Positions 13,181 through 26,850 of a stretch of DNA of 64,000 nt are shown here, one piece after another. The first letter of the stretch is position 1. Every line of letters begins with the position of its first letter. The stretch lies in contig OZ024746.1 in the NCBI GenBank assembly GCA_964016885.1, positions 17,422,001 through 17,486,000 on the forward strand. Direction: 5' to 3'. The translations under genes and the position numbers were made by a program. Under the pieces are notes generated by a model, which saw only the letters and a program-made list of their open reading frames with translations, had not been told where the DNA came from and did no database searches. The DNA is from Eledone cirrhosa (taxonomy: Eukaryota).

Positions 13181-13914
13181 AGGTCATTCCATTCATCTAA
13201 TAAGTAGAAAAACTGTGGGAAATGTAATGGCTTCTGATTTAGACACAAGGCCAACAATTTTGGGGGAGGAGAAAGTTGATTAAATCATCCCCAGTGTATT
13301 ACTGATACTTAATTTTATCGAGCCCTCAGGGATGAAGAGCAAAGCTAAAATTTGAACTCAGAGTGTAAAAGGACATAACTATATGCCACAAAGCATGTTG
13401 CCTGATGCTCTACTAATTCTATCAATCCACCACTCTACTGTGTGAAATATAATGATACAAAAGTATGGCTACACTTATGATTCATGGACATTTTTCATAA
13501 TCAATGTTACATGTTTTTACCACTTAACACACATAAATGGAAATCCAACCAAAAGGTTCCAAATTTAAGAGGAACACAGACAGTCAATTGTGTCATTAAC
13601 TACCTTAGTCATGGTCTTCACTATGAAGCAGTTAGAAAGTCTACAGTGCTAGGACCAGAGAGACCACGAACCAGGTGAGTACTCTATGCATGAGAAGAAG
13701 CAGTGTGGGTGTAGAGGAAGCTCTTTCTGTCTATATGTATGTGTGAATATATTTATATATAGTATTAGATTGGTATGGGATAGAATTAGATGAGATTTTG
13801 GCTTTGCCTGATTAACACCCAGTGGCTCCAGGATGCTGCACTGGTGATGTGCCCATGTATTTGTATATGTAGATATATGAAGAATTTCATACTTATAATA
13901 ATATCAGTATACAT

Positions 13915-14600
13915 ATGAGGTCGTGTAGGTGTCACGACAAAAAAACACAGTCCACGCTGGAATGTGGCCGTGTAGGTAACACAGTAAAAACCCCCCAGTC
14001 CACACTGTAAACGTGGTTTGTGTTAGGAAGGGTATCCAGCCGTAGAAAACCTGCCAGACAGTCCTATACGAGCGAGATGACCAATCTTGCCTCAAGTGGG
14101 ACAATTCCCGTCTAAACCCATGCTAGCGTGGTAGATAGATGTTAAACGATGATGATGATGATGATGATGATGATGGATCACACAATTAACAATCCTATTT
14201 CAAATGAATTAATATGCCTGCCATGCAACTGGTCAATTGGTCAAACATGTAGCAAAATTCATCTCTACTATAAACTGTATTAATATAATTATTCTAAAGT
14301 GGTCATTCTGGTGACACAACAAAAAGTACCCAGTCCATCCTGTAAAGTGGTTGTTTTGGTGACACGACAAAAAGCATCCAGCCCACACTGTAAAGTGGTC
14401 GTGTTGGTGACACATTAAAAAGCACCCAATCCACCTTATAAATGTGGTTGGTGTGAGGAAGAGAGTCCAGCTGTAGAAACCAAGCCAGAAACTTCTGTAT
14501 GAGTAAGACATGGTCATCTGATCTGACTTATCTCACAATGGGACAACTTGTCCAACCCATGCTAGCGTGGAAAAATGTACGTTAAACGTTGATGATGATG
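13915..14600 (+). mobile_element. Two RTE 3' UTR/tail fragments
   Basis: Match the reverse complement of 36063-36430, with (GAT)n tails. A ~52-bp unit is triplicated at 14295-14450. Confidence 0.7.
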
Positions 14601-15560
14601 GATTCTACTGTGTATCGAGTTCTCTGTTCTTCACCCATTACTTCCTCTCCCAGTCATATGATGCTGCCCCCACTCCCATTAATACTACCTCAGTGGTAGT
14701 GCCACAATAAAAATGAACTCAACCCATATTATGAAGTGGTAGTGTATGTGTAAGCACTATGATGAAAGCACTCTAAGACATATGGTAGTGCTCATGACAT
14801 ACAAAAAAAAGCTCCCAGTAGACACTCTAAGGGGGATGACATAGGAAGGACATCCAGCTGTCGATAAACAAACCAAAATTGGATCTTATGAGCAGGATGT
14901 GCTCACCAAAACCTGCCTGGCCTTATAATGTAACAAAACAACTAAGTACGATGGTGTATATATATATTGCTAGTGTATGTATATATATTCTTTTATAGTT
15001 TTACTGGTTTCAGTCATTAAACTGCAGCCATGCTGGGGTACCACCTTGATTTAATCAATCATATTGACCCCAGTACTCATTTTGTCAATCCCTTGTTAAA
15101 CTGCTAAGTTACTGGGGACACACACACATATAGAAAGAAAGGCCTGGAATGAGGTGATAAAAGCCGACCTTGCACAACTGCATGTCTCTAAGGTGTTGAC
15201 ACAGGATTGAGATCTCTAGCATTAAGCAATAATACAGAAGACACACCTTCCTATGTGCACTGATTGCATATATACATATGTATGTGTGTGTGTATGTGTC
15301 AAATAAGCCAAAATCAGTCTTGTGTGAACAAAACACGACCCTCCGACCTGGCTATTTCAAAACGAGACAGCACATCTAACCCATGCTAGCATGGAAAATA
15401 GACGTTAAACAATGATGGTGGTGATGATGATGATATATATATATAATGAAAAAGTGAAGAATAACATGGTCAACAGTACAAAAAGGGTTTTATTTACAGT
15501 ATTAACAATTGTTTCATTGATTAGGGTGTCTAAAAACGATACTTTGTTATCCCATATATA

Positions 15561-15880
15561 TCATCATCATCATCATCATTTTACATCCGCTTTTCCCTGC
15601 TTGCAAGGGTTGGACAGGTCCTATTCAGCACAGCATCTCTCCACCTCTCATGGTCCTTCGTCATCTCCTTGGTGAGTTTCAGCGATCTGAGGTCTGCTCT
15701 CACCACCTCCGCCCATGTTTTTCGTGGTCTACCTCTACTACGTCCTCCCTCCACTTCTTCACCCATCGGTCATCCTCCAAGCACATCACATGTCCATACC
15801 ATCTCAGCTTTCTCTCCTGCACACCACAACTTATCCCTCTTATACCCAGTTTCTTTCTCAACTCGTCTATATACCTCATT
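15561..15880 (-). mobile_element. RTE 3' fragment
   Basis: ORF track peptides LRKKLGIRGI..KLRWYGHVM and RGRPRKTWAEVVRADL. Confidence 0.85.
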
Positions 15881-16212
15881 TTTTTGTATTTGTTTTGCAA
15901 GATTTCTTATCTGAAAAGGTGTGTTGAAACAGATATTGTTATACTTTGGGGGTGTCATGCTGCTAATAAAACCTCATGTAGTGGCATTGCTTTGTAGCTT
16001 GTAAGAGCAATCTTCCATGCGCGATTTGGTTAGGTTGACCAATGGTGTAAGTCGCACATGAATATAAACAACTTCCGCCCAGCTAAAGATTTTTGCGCTT
16101 CTTTATTGACTTCACTCTAATTGCTGCTTTCACTTCAATAGAGAACATCCATTTTCCTTTGCATGTCAACACTAGCAAAATGTAACGGTAAATAAGAAAC
16201 TTTGGCCCTGTC

Positions 16213-16590
16213 ACATATATACACACACACACACATATATATATATACACACATACACATATATATATATACACATACATACACATATATATATATATAT
16301 ATACACACATACACATATATATACACATACACATATATACACACACACATATATACACACACATATACACACACATATATATACACACATATATATACAC
16401 ACACATATATATATATATATATACACACACACATATATATATATACACACATACACATATATATATACACATACATACATATATATATATATATATACAC
16501 ACATACACATATATATACACATACACATATATACACACACATATATACACACACACATATACACACACATATATATACACACATATATAT

Positions 16591-16633
<43 letters not shown>

Positions 16634-16775
16634 TATATATATATACACACATACACATATATATATATACACACACACACATATATATATATACACACAC
16701 ACACATATATATATTAATTCTGGCAATATTACACAAATATGACCCTCCCCAAGTATAACATATATATATATATAT

Positions 16776-16840
<65 letters not shown>

Positions 16841-16862
16841 TATATATATATATATACACACA
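16213..16862. repeat. Compound (TA)n/(CA)n microsatellite
   Basis: Directly visible. Similar tracts at 25860-26370, 27350-27545, 47460-47607 and 50860-51090. Confidence 0.95.
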
Positions 16863-18230
16863 TGTGGGTGTGTACCTTTTCTTAGAGATTGTATGAAACA
16901 GAATAGTGTGACACATGTAACATGTAACAGACACACAGACAACAGGATATGTGTATTATATACCTAGTCTCTCTCTTCTCCTCCCTCTCCTATCTAAAAT
17001 CGTTCGATTAGAAGTGTGAATATATTAACATAAGTATATCGCAATAATTACATCGATCTTGGCGGGGGAAGGTGACGCCCAAACCTTCGTTAATATTAAT
17101 TCGATTTTATTATCATTTTAGTCAAGTCTAATACCAGTACAGCAGTACGGTAATTAACTGTTTAGTATTTTAATCAGACTTTACTTGATTGTGTTTTGTT
17201 TTGTTATTATTTTTAATATAAAATTACGTTTTCCATATATAATTCGAACAAAAGAAAATTGACAAAAAGATAGGTGCAAATTATTTTACCGAGTATATAG
17301 TTATGTAAAATAGGCAGAGTAGGGTGGAATGCTCTGCGGTATTCGTTTCGGTTTTCTACTCTCTGTGTTCAAATCCCACCGAAGTCAACTTTGCTTTACA
17401 CCCTTTCGTGGTCCATAAAAATAGTTCCAGTCAAGTACTACGCTCGACTCTCTTTCTTCCCAGGAAGAACTTTGCTGTATACAGACCCGGACAGGGGTGG
17501 ACTCCGCCTGGATTAAAGTGTCTTAGAGACACCACTACGACGCCCCTACAACACCATCGGGAGTTACCGAAGTATTTTAATACCAAACCACTTAAAACCA
17601 CACCTGGTTCTATGATACAAAACTGTGTTTGAAAGTGTTTATGTATTCAAGCTGTGTCACGTTTTCCCTCCAACCTGGCTAATTTGGGACAATGACAAAC
17701 TGTTTAAACCATGACATAATAGAAAGCGCATGTAAAATGATGATATATATATATATATTAGAATTTTTTTATTTTTAAACGGTTAAATTGTTTATATTTA
17801 TCTAATAACTTTCCATCATAATTTTATGTAAGAACCTTTATTATGTTCGAAACACCAGCTTGATAATGAGAAAGTTAATTATATTACTAAATCCCTACTA
17901 ATGTTTGATTATTTTCAAAATAACCTGTATAAATAATTACTTTTAATTTAGGATCAAAGCCAGCAATTTATGGAAAAGGAAAATTCAATTATATTATATG
18001 GACCCCGGAAGGTTGAAAGGCAAAGTTGTGTTCGGCAGGATTTGAGCTCAGAACGTAAAGTACCGCCTTAACAATTGTCCCAAGGATATTTTGGTCAAAG
18101 CTCTACCAATTTTGCCAATCGACCACCCAACAAGAGTTGTAAAAAAAGAAGGTGAATCATTTTCTGAATCATTTGGCCGGTTTCCGTTCGTTGTTTTTCC
18201 AAGATTTGATATTAAAAAGGGAGCGGTAAA

Positions 18231-18438
18231 TACCGTGCGTATTCGCGTATAAGTCGCACTTTTCCTCAACGAATATACATGTAAAAAAACAACAACAACA
18301 ACAGCCCAGCATGCGACACTATTGGACCTACAAAAAACCCTTTCAATTCAAACTATATGGTACATTGTAAGTATTGCTATGTAAAACGGGTGCGACATAA
18401 TATCTATCGGTGCGACTTATATACCAGTTCATAGGTTA
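18231..18438. mobile_element. pogo/Tc2-like MITE
   Basis: TA-CCGT...cgtataagtcgcac at the left end and gtgcgacttatatacc...ggtta at the right end form imperfect TIRs. Confidence 0.6.
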
Positions 18439-18557
18439 TTTCAAAAATTAATGACAGCTCTAAACTTTCTTCGTTTGAATTAATATATTTAATTTAAGGG
18501 AACCACTAAATTAATTAGTAATATAGTTTACTATTTAAACAAATGTGCATTATTGTT

Positions 18558-18588
<31 letters not shown>

Positions 18589-18681
18589 CAGCAGCAGGGA
18601 CAGCTGTGGTGGTGGTAATAGTAGTCGTAGTAAGGTAGCATGGCATTCATATATTAGAAATAAAAAAACGAATAAAAGTGA

Positions 18682-20355
18682 AAACACTGGTGACTTCCTT
18701 AGCTAGTTAGCCCTAAACATTGGTGACTTCCTTAGCTAGTTAGCCCTAAACATTGGTGACTTCCTTAGCTAGTTAGCCCTAAACATTGGTGACTTCCTTA
18801 GCTAGTTAGCCCTAAACATTGGTGACTTCCTTAAATAGTTAGCCCTAAACATTGGTGACTTCCTTAGCTAGTTAGCCCTAAACATTGGTGGCTTCCTTAG
18901 CTAACCCTAAACATTGGTGACTTCCTTAGCTAACCCTAAACATTGGTGGCTTCCTTAGCTAACCCTAAACATTGGTGACTTCCTTAGCTAACCCTAAACA
19001 TTGGTGGCTTCCTTAGCTAACCCTAAACATTGGTGACTTCCTTAGCTAACCCTAAACATTGGTGACTTCCTTAGCTAGTCCTAAACATTGGTGGCTTCCT
19101 TAGCTAACCCTAAACATTGGTAGCTTCCTTAGCTAACCCTAAACATTGGTGACTTCCTTAGCTAACCCTAAACATTGGTGGCTTCCTTAGCTAACCCTAA
19201 ACATTGGTGACTTCCTTAGCTAACCCTAAACATTGGTGGCTTCCTTAGCTAACCCTAAACATTGGTGACTTCCTTAGCTAACCCTAAACATTGGTGGCTT
19301 CCTTAGCTAACCCTAAACATTGGTGACTTCCTTAGCTAACCCTAAACATTGGTGACTTCCTTAGCTAGTCCTAAACATTGGTGACTTCCTTAACTAACCC
19401 TAAATATTGGTGGCTTCCTTAGCTAACCCTAAACATTGGTAGCTTCCTTAGCTAACCCTAAACATTGGTGACTTCCTTAGCTAGTCCTAAACATTGGTGG
19501 CTTCCTTAGCTAACCCTAAACATTGGTAGCTTCCTTAGCTAACCCTAAACATTGGTGACTTCCTTAGCTAGTCCTAAACATTGGTGACTTCCTTAGCTAG
19601 TCCTAAACATTGGTGACTTCCTTAGCTAACCCTAAATATTGGTGGCTTCCTTAGCTAGCCCTAAATATTGGTAACTTCCTTAGCTAGCTAGCCCTAAATA
19701 TTGGTGACTTCCTTAGTTAGCCCCTAAATATTGGTGACTTCCTTAGCTAGCCCTAAACATTGGTGACTTCTTTAGCTAGCCCTAAATATTGGTGACTTCC
19801 TTAGCTAACCCTAAACATTGGTGACTTCCTTAGCTACCCCTAAATATTGGTGACATCCTTAGCTAGCTAGCCCTAAATATTGGTGACTTCCTTAGCTAAC
19901 TAGCCCTAAACATTGGTGACTTCTTTAGCTAGCTAGCCCTAAATATTGGTGACTTCCTTAGCTAGCCCTAAACATTGGTGACTTCTTTAGCTAGCCCTAA
20001 ATATTGGTGACTTCCTTAGCTAACCCTAAACATTGGTGACTTCCTTAGCTACCCCTAAATATTGGTGACATCCTTAGCTAGCTAGCCCTAAATATTGGTG
20101 ACTTCCTTAGCTAACTAGCCCTAAACATTGGTGACTTCTTTAGCTAGCTAGCCCTAAATATTGGTGACTTCCTTAGCTAGCCCTAAACATTGGTGACTTC
20201 TTTAGCTAGCCCTAAATATTGGTGACTTCCTTAGCTAGCTAGCCTTAAACATTGGTGACTTCCTTAGCTAGCCCTAAATATTGGTGACTTCCTTAGCTGG
20301 CCCTAAATATTGGTGACTTCCTTAGCTGGTCCTAAATATTGGTGACTTCCTTAAC
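18682..20355. repeat. Tandem minisatellite, 29-bp unit with 33-bp variants
   Basis: Unit aaacattggtgacttccttagctaaccct, roughly 55 copies. Confidence 0.97.
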
Positions 20356-20599
20356 TTAAGGAAAGTTCTTACATGAAATCATGATGAAAGGTTATACAAA
20401 CGATTTAATCCTTTCATTACTATATTTCTAATGAAAGACACTGCTTGCCTATGATTATATTTCCACTCCAAGCAAGGCAATACAGCTAGTAAAGTACAAG
20501 GAGTTACTGAGGAGGGAAAGGGACAAGATAGCACATAATTCAAGAGGAGAGAGAAAATGGCAATTGATGTTGCTTTTGAATTTTTGCAAATTGTAGTGG

Positions 20600-21000
20600 G
20601 TCAGGAAAGCAAGAAGTCAGAAGAGAGTTCTAAAGGTGTGATGTGAGACAGAAGAAACTATCAGATGGAATTTATGATTATATTTTGAGAACTGTAAAGG
20701 AGTGAGACCTAGCTACAAATCTGAACAAGGCAGCAATGAGAAAAGCTCATCAGAACAATTCCCATGAAAATATTTATAGAAAAGGCAGAGTGGTAACATT
20801 TCAATGGTGTGATAGTGATTGAAACTGACATAATAAGTCAGGACCAATGATGTTGACAGTTCTTTAAATTTTATCCAGGCTCTCAAGGTACACAGCAGAA
20901 GCACTAGACTGTGGCAACAGTACTCAATACAAATGGTAGATTTATAAAGATGTAACACTTTCAGGTGAGAAAAACAAACCAACTTTCTGGACAGCAGTTG
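20600..21000 (-). mobile_element. Decayed CR1/L2/Jockey-group LINE C-terminal fragment
   Basis: Peptide LYKSTICIEYCCH...LCLFYKYFHGNCSDELFSLLP resembles the post-RT region of these LINEs. Confidence 0.6.
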
Positions 21001-21689
21001 GCAATCGATGTGATATAAACAAACCAGCCCAAATCAGTCAAAAGTTTTAGATAATTTTGAGAATAATCAAACATTTGTATGGATTTAGTAATAATATAAC
21101 TAACTTTCTCATTTCTGTCTGGTGTTTGAAACATAAAATTACGATGGAAGGTTTTTAGATAAATATAAACACTTTAAAAATAAACTGATTTCTATCATAG
21201 AACAAGGGGTGGTTTTACATGGGTTGGTATAAAAATGGTTAGTCATATAAGGAATAATTCTTAGTAACATAAACACAAGGCCAGCAATTTGGAGGAAAAG
21301 GAAAGCTGGTTACATCAACCCCCAGTATTTAACTGGTACAGTCATGTAAAAAACAATGACATCATTTTGTATATATGTGTATTGGTTTGGTCTGAACATG
21401 ACAGAAGAAGAATTTGTGCAACAAAGAGAAACACAGAGAGAGAAAAGTTTTTTTTTATTTAGTTAATTGATACAAACACTTTGATAGTATATAGGGTCCT
21501 GATATTTACACTTACACACGCACATTTAACTATATAAGCAGACCTAAGATCAAACATGTTCCAGCTGTGACCATCCCATCTTTATTTCACCCATTGGCAC
21601 AAAAAAGAGAGCTTCTTTTTAATGAACACCCCCATTAAAATAATCTTGTCAAAATGGCTGTAGTGTAGTACCATCACTGTGTGGCTTTG

Positions 21690-21860
21690 TAAGGGCTAGA
21701 TTTATAGGGGGACAGTGGGGGCAAATGTTATGCACCCCCTCTCCACACAGAGCCCTTTCTCTCTCTTTCTGCTTATGTGTGTGCATGTATGTGTTGTTAT
21801 ATGAGGAGCCCACCAAATCTGAACTGCCCAGAGCCCCCCAAGGTCTAAATCGCCAGACAG
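21690..21860. mobile_element. MITE-like dispersed repeat
   Basis: 21800-21855 matches the reverse complement of 5345-5404. Confidence 0.5.
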
Positions 21861-22894
21861 ATTACATATGCCTCTGAAGTGCACATAATATCAAAGCTCT
21901 CCTCAAATTCTGTTATGGTTGTGTCTTCTCTCTGATCTCTTGGTTTACAAGATCAATGTCAGTGATATAATAAGCTTTCGTCTGTTCTTCCGACAAAAGA
22001 TGACAATCACTCTAGTGTCTGGTCAAAGTAAAATAATAAAATAAAATAATAAAGAAACTAACAAAAACACAAGACATTGGTATCTTCGTGTAATATAGTG
22101 GCGAGTGCAACAACAAATCTATATAGCATCTAGATTGAATAATTCTATATAATTCTGATGCCAAACCACCCCTGATACTATGATACAAACCAGTTTATTT
22201 TGAAGTATTTATATTTATCTAAAAACTATCTACCATAATTTTATATAAGAACCATTAAGTTATGTTCCAAACACCGACTAAATAATGAAAAAGATAGGTA
22301 TATTACTAAATCCCCACCAAATTAATGATTATTTTCAAAATTATTCAAAAACCATAGGCCTTATCTTTCATTAGAATATGGAAAAGAAAGGGTTAAAATA
22401 AAAACCGGACAGTATTGGTTTGGTCTTTCATCTCAAGTGAATAAATTAATTCTAATAAAAGATAAGTTTTTATTTAAATCACATTTTAGATCAAACGATA
22501 AAAAACTAAGATACCCAATGAATTGGATTGACAGAATTGGTAGAGCATCAGACAAAATACTATTATTGTACAGGCTCATAATATTCTGTAATCAAATTCC
22601 ACCAAGGTTAATAGGAGGCCAAAACCTGTCACATTTTAAAAAAAAGGACACATGAAATACTGTGGACTTCAGTTGGTGTACACAAGAAAAAGACAGGATG
22701 GTCACGATTGGAATGACATTGGTCATGTCTGCAGGGTTAGGGATGACCTCAGGCTAAACCATATTACATGTCACAGAGTTAACAAAAATATAACTAAATC
22801 TTTTTAAAAGAGTGATTTCGTGAGACAGTGTTGAAAATCTGGCAAATATTTTGACTATAGCATGTCCAATGTATATATATGTATATATATATAT

Positions 22895-23089
22895 CAGATC
22901 TGTCAACTCTCCCCGTTGGACGGGGAGATTTCCCACCCAATTTAGGGTGGGTGAGAGATGTCTTCCCTTATGAAAATGGTTATAGCTTTCATGATTTAAA
23001 ATCTCCCCATTTTGCCTCATTTCTCCTCGTTTTGGGGCACTTTTTTTCATGGTACTCCCCATTTGGGTTTTTAGAGGTTGGCAGTTCTG
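22895..23089. mobile_element. hAT-like MITE in (TA)n
   Basis: Imperfect TIRs CAGATCTGTCAAC and GTTGGCAGTTCTG. Confidence 0.55.
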
Positions 23090-23353
23090 ATATATATATA
23101 TATCTGTGTTCATTATACATATTTATGTATAAAATTGTGTACATACAGTTGTATACATTATATATGTTTATGTATATAGTTAAATATATATTTAAAAACC
23201 TTAAACTATATATATATAAATATACAACTATATACATTATATGTGTTTATGTAAAACTATACATATCACAATTTAATACATTTTATAACCATATTTAAGA
23301 CACACACATTATATATGTATATATATATACATATATATATATACACACATTAA

Positions 23354-23797
23354 AAACAACAGAAGGCCTGATTGGAAATATTCTTTAAAATTTTAATTCT
23401 GTGAAAACACTACATGACCCAATTTCATCACCCGATCATGATGCAAGACATAGACGATTTCATCAGGTGTTGATTGCAGAATTAGTTATATAAGATAACA
23501 GGATTATGGCGAACACAAACAGAGAATAGAAAATAAAGAACAGATTTAATTCAGGGATAACCTGCCAATTCTGTGATTGGCAGGCTGCCCCTGAATCAAA
23601 TCTGTTCTTTATTTTCTATTCTGTATGTGCTCGCTGTAATCCTGTTATCTTATATAACTAATTCTGCAAACAACACCTGATGGAATTGCCTGTATTGCAT
23701 CATGATCAGGTGATGAAAATGAGCCATTGAAATATGTATAGTGTTTTATCAGAATTAAAATTTTGAAGAAAGTTTCCAGCCCGGCCTTCTGTTGTTT
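23354..23797. repeat. Long imperfect palindrome, about 220-bp arms
   Basis: aaacaacagaaggcc...ggccttctgttgttt, centred near 23572. Arms are diverged. Confidence 0.85.
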
Positions 23798-25006
23798 ATA
23801 ATGAATATTTAACTGTGTTCCTGCACCAGGCATGGGATACCACATCTTCGATGGATAATTTGCATGTTGCTGAGTGCTTTAATTTATTGCATTATCATTT
23901 ACTAACTGGAACCCATTGGTATACAATGTAATATAAATGGTATATATATATATATATATATATATACATACATCTCAATCATGAAAATCAATTACGATTC
24001 AAGAAGCTTCAGTTTCTAATAAAATATACACACCCTGCATGTATTGAATATGCTTCCTCTGTTGTTTACGAATCCCTCCTCACATCACATATATGTATGT
24101 TTGTGCATGTATATACCTTTGTGTAAATGTGTGTATGTATGTGAATATGTTTGTTTGTATATGTATATCTGATTTTGTATCTGTGTGTATGCATATACAT
24201 GTGTGACAATGTATGTATGTGAATATGTGTCTGTATATGTGTGTGTATGCATATCGGATCACCAGTCTAATGAGTAGAGCGATAATGGAGTCAGGTCCAT
24301 AACTTCTATGGGTGACTCTGAGTCAATCTTCTGCAAAATGTGAGTAACAGGTCAATACACAATAAAAAACTAAATTCACATAAACAAAACTTCGTTTTTA
24401 TTAATGTGTGTGACTATGTGCATATATCATTGCTACTGCTCTAACTTGTAGTTTAGCCCTAGGTCAGCCTGGAGCTAAACCTATGATCCAAGGCATTCCA
24501 GTGACCACCCATCCATTCTTTGACAACATCAGGGTACACACCGTCCAATGTAGACTTCTTTCATTTATGATATTGAGATGTGATTTGATGGAATCTGATT
24601 GCTGTTTCTAACAGGTCGGGGGACCTTATTTGGGTCTTTCTCGGTTGTTTAACCCCAGGTCAGGCTTGAGAGAGTTATGGAGCAATGACATTCTAGTCAT
24701 GACTTTCACATCTTATTTTTTATCCTGAATCAACCACTATATTTTTTCTAGGAAGAGACAGTAATTTAAATGAAGTTTAATTGCTATCTGGCTGGTCTAG
24801 TGACCTCATATAGGATGGTCATGGTAGTGATGACAGCTGGCTTGGTGGTGGTGATGATGATAATGGTAGTGATGGTGGTGAGAGTGATTGTAATGGGGAT
24901 AGAGACGATGAACATGATGCTGGTGGTGGTGATGGAGATGATGCTGGTGGTTGTTCAAGAAAAAAAGGATCAAATAAATATACGTGGATGTTTCCTATAT
25001 ACTCAC

Positions 25007-25117
25007 AACAATTAAACTCGTCCGTTCCATTTTCGCAGTCCATGTAACTGTCACATCTTGAATCGATCGTGATACATTCCCCGTTGTCACATTTGAACAT
25101 ATTCGAATCACAATCGA
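25007..25117 (-). CDS. LDL-receptor class A (LDLa) domain exon
   Basis: 111 nt, phase 1-1, acceptor ttttcttctaattag, donor GTGAGT. Encodes [36 protein letters not shown], with six Cys and the DCxxGxDE acidic motif. Confidence 0.93.
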
Positions 25118-25215
25118 CTAATTAGAAGAAAAAAAAACATATATAGATATATATATACATATATATAGAGAGAGAGAGAAGGGGGGGGGGTATTTTGCGG
25201 CATATTACAGATATA

Positions 25216-25302
<87 letters not shown>

Positions 25303-25493
25303 ATATTAAATACACATACGTACAGACATGCGCGCATATACATATATGCACGTACAGTCATATACACACATACACACACACAGAACATTTGCAATTAAGC
25401 AGCGATCATACGATTCTGAGTTTTTTCTATTCTAACGTTTTAATAGAAATGTCTATTTATGGAAATAACAGCTGCAATAAAATATATGAAAAA

Positions 25494-25524
<31 letters not shown>

Positions 25525-25683
25525 ACATGTATGTAGTGTAAACTATATTTATAATACAAATGTGTAAGTATTAGTAATACTTGTAGTAAGTAGTGACACT
25601 ACTTTTAAGTAGAATCGTGTATGTATGTATGTATATATGTATGCAGTCTTCTATGAACCATCTAGTAACATAACTACTTGTAA

Positions 25684-25737
<54 letters not shown>

Positions 25738-25903
25738 TATAGAATAATAACTGCTGTTCAATCAATATCAAAAATAGATCTCCGTTTGTTTCAGTATTAC
25801 AGAATTGTAAACGTTCTAGATGAATTAGCATCCATACATACAATACGTAATGTGTGTGTGCGTGTATATATATATATATATACATACAAATATATATATA
25901 TAC

Positions 25904-25934
<31 letters not shown>

Positions 25935-25991
25935 CATATATATAGATACATATATATAGATACATATATATATATATATACATATATATAG

Positions 25992-26044
<53 letters not shown>

Positions 26045-26370
26045 TATACACATATATATATATATATATAGTAATAATAAAAATTTGAAGACTAAAATCC
26101 AAAGAGGGCTCGATAAGGATAAATATATATCAAATATATAAGAACCAAATATATATATATATATACACACATACATCTATATATATATACATACATATTT
26201 ACATATATATATATATACATACATATATAAATATACATACATATATAAATATACATATATATATACATATATATATATATATACATACATACATATATAC
26301 ATACATACATATAAATATACATATATATATATACATACATATAAATATACATATAAATATACATATATAT

Positions 26371-26560
26371 ATAGATGAGATTCTACAGGACTAGAACTGT
26401 TTCATTCTTTAGAAATCATCAGGAATCCCTGATGATTTCTAAAGAATGAAACAGTTCTAGTCCTGTAGAATCTCATCTATATTAAAACTTTTATACTCTG
26501 CAATGTATTGAGTACCTTACTTACTGTGGTTACCTCCGATTCAACCCGGAATAACGTACT
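26371..26560. mobile_element. Fold-back element with hammerhead core
   Basis: Near-perfect palindrome 26371-26480. Related fragments at about 9540-9595 and 10395-10530. Confidence 0.65.
26429..26470 (+). ncRNA. Hammerhead core of a second family; 5' strand of stem I lost at the inversion junction
   Basis: CTGATGA-tttctaaagaat-GAAA-cagttctag-TC-ctgtag, with a GUC triplet. Mirrored on the minus strand at about 26381-26422. Confidence 0.55.
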
Positions 26561-26574
26561 ATATATATATATAT

Positions 26575-26850
26575 GCAGAGGTTATATTTAATTTGTTGGG
26601 ATACAAGCTTAAAAATATTTTTATAACTGATATAAAGCACTCAACAAATTATTGGAGTAAATATACAATATATTAACAAATGGAAACTATATTTATAAAA
26701 CCATATTTATTTTATTATACATATTTCAAGAGCCACCAAGGCAAATTATGGTGCGCTTTCATCAGATAAAATACAATACAGATTAGTTTTATAAATAAAT
26801 ATTGACATACTCTGAAAAAAGACAACCTTAACGATTGGAGCTTCCTGGAT
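26575..26850 (-). mobile_element. Family A element, non-palindromic copy
   Basis: Colinear with the left arms of the 5652 and 46450 elements. (TA)n on both sides. Confidence 0.7.
26708..26773 (-). ncRNA. Minimal type I hammerhead ribozyme motif (family A), no inverted partner
   Basis: Minus strand: tattttat-CTGATGA-aagcgcacca...tggtggctctt-GAAA-tatgtata-ataaaata. Confidence 0.78.

Noticed and set aside
13620-13680. Plus-strand exon ending CAG|GTGAGT
   Set aside because: Good donor, but no clear acceptor or recognisable peptide, and it is antisense to the host gene.
15938-16215. Solo LTR (TGTTA...TCACA)
   Set aside because: Homology with 47280-47350 extends left of the TG, and no TSD or PBS/PPT is evident.
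16083-16942. Long Y/I/C/V/H/T-rich ORFs here and at many other (TA)/(CA) tracts
   Set aside because: They are translations of dinucleotide microsatellites with no domain content.
18682-20355. CRISPR array or true telomere tract
   Set aside because: No spacers, and the TTAGGG-like motif never runs for two full consecutive repeats.
24819-25006. Pro/Ser-rich extension of the LDLa ORF
   Set aside because: Read-through past the GTGAGT donor into an intronic trinucleotide repeat.
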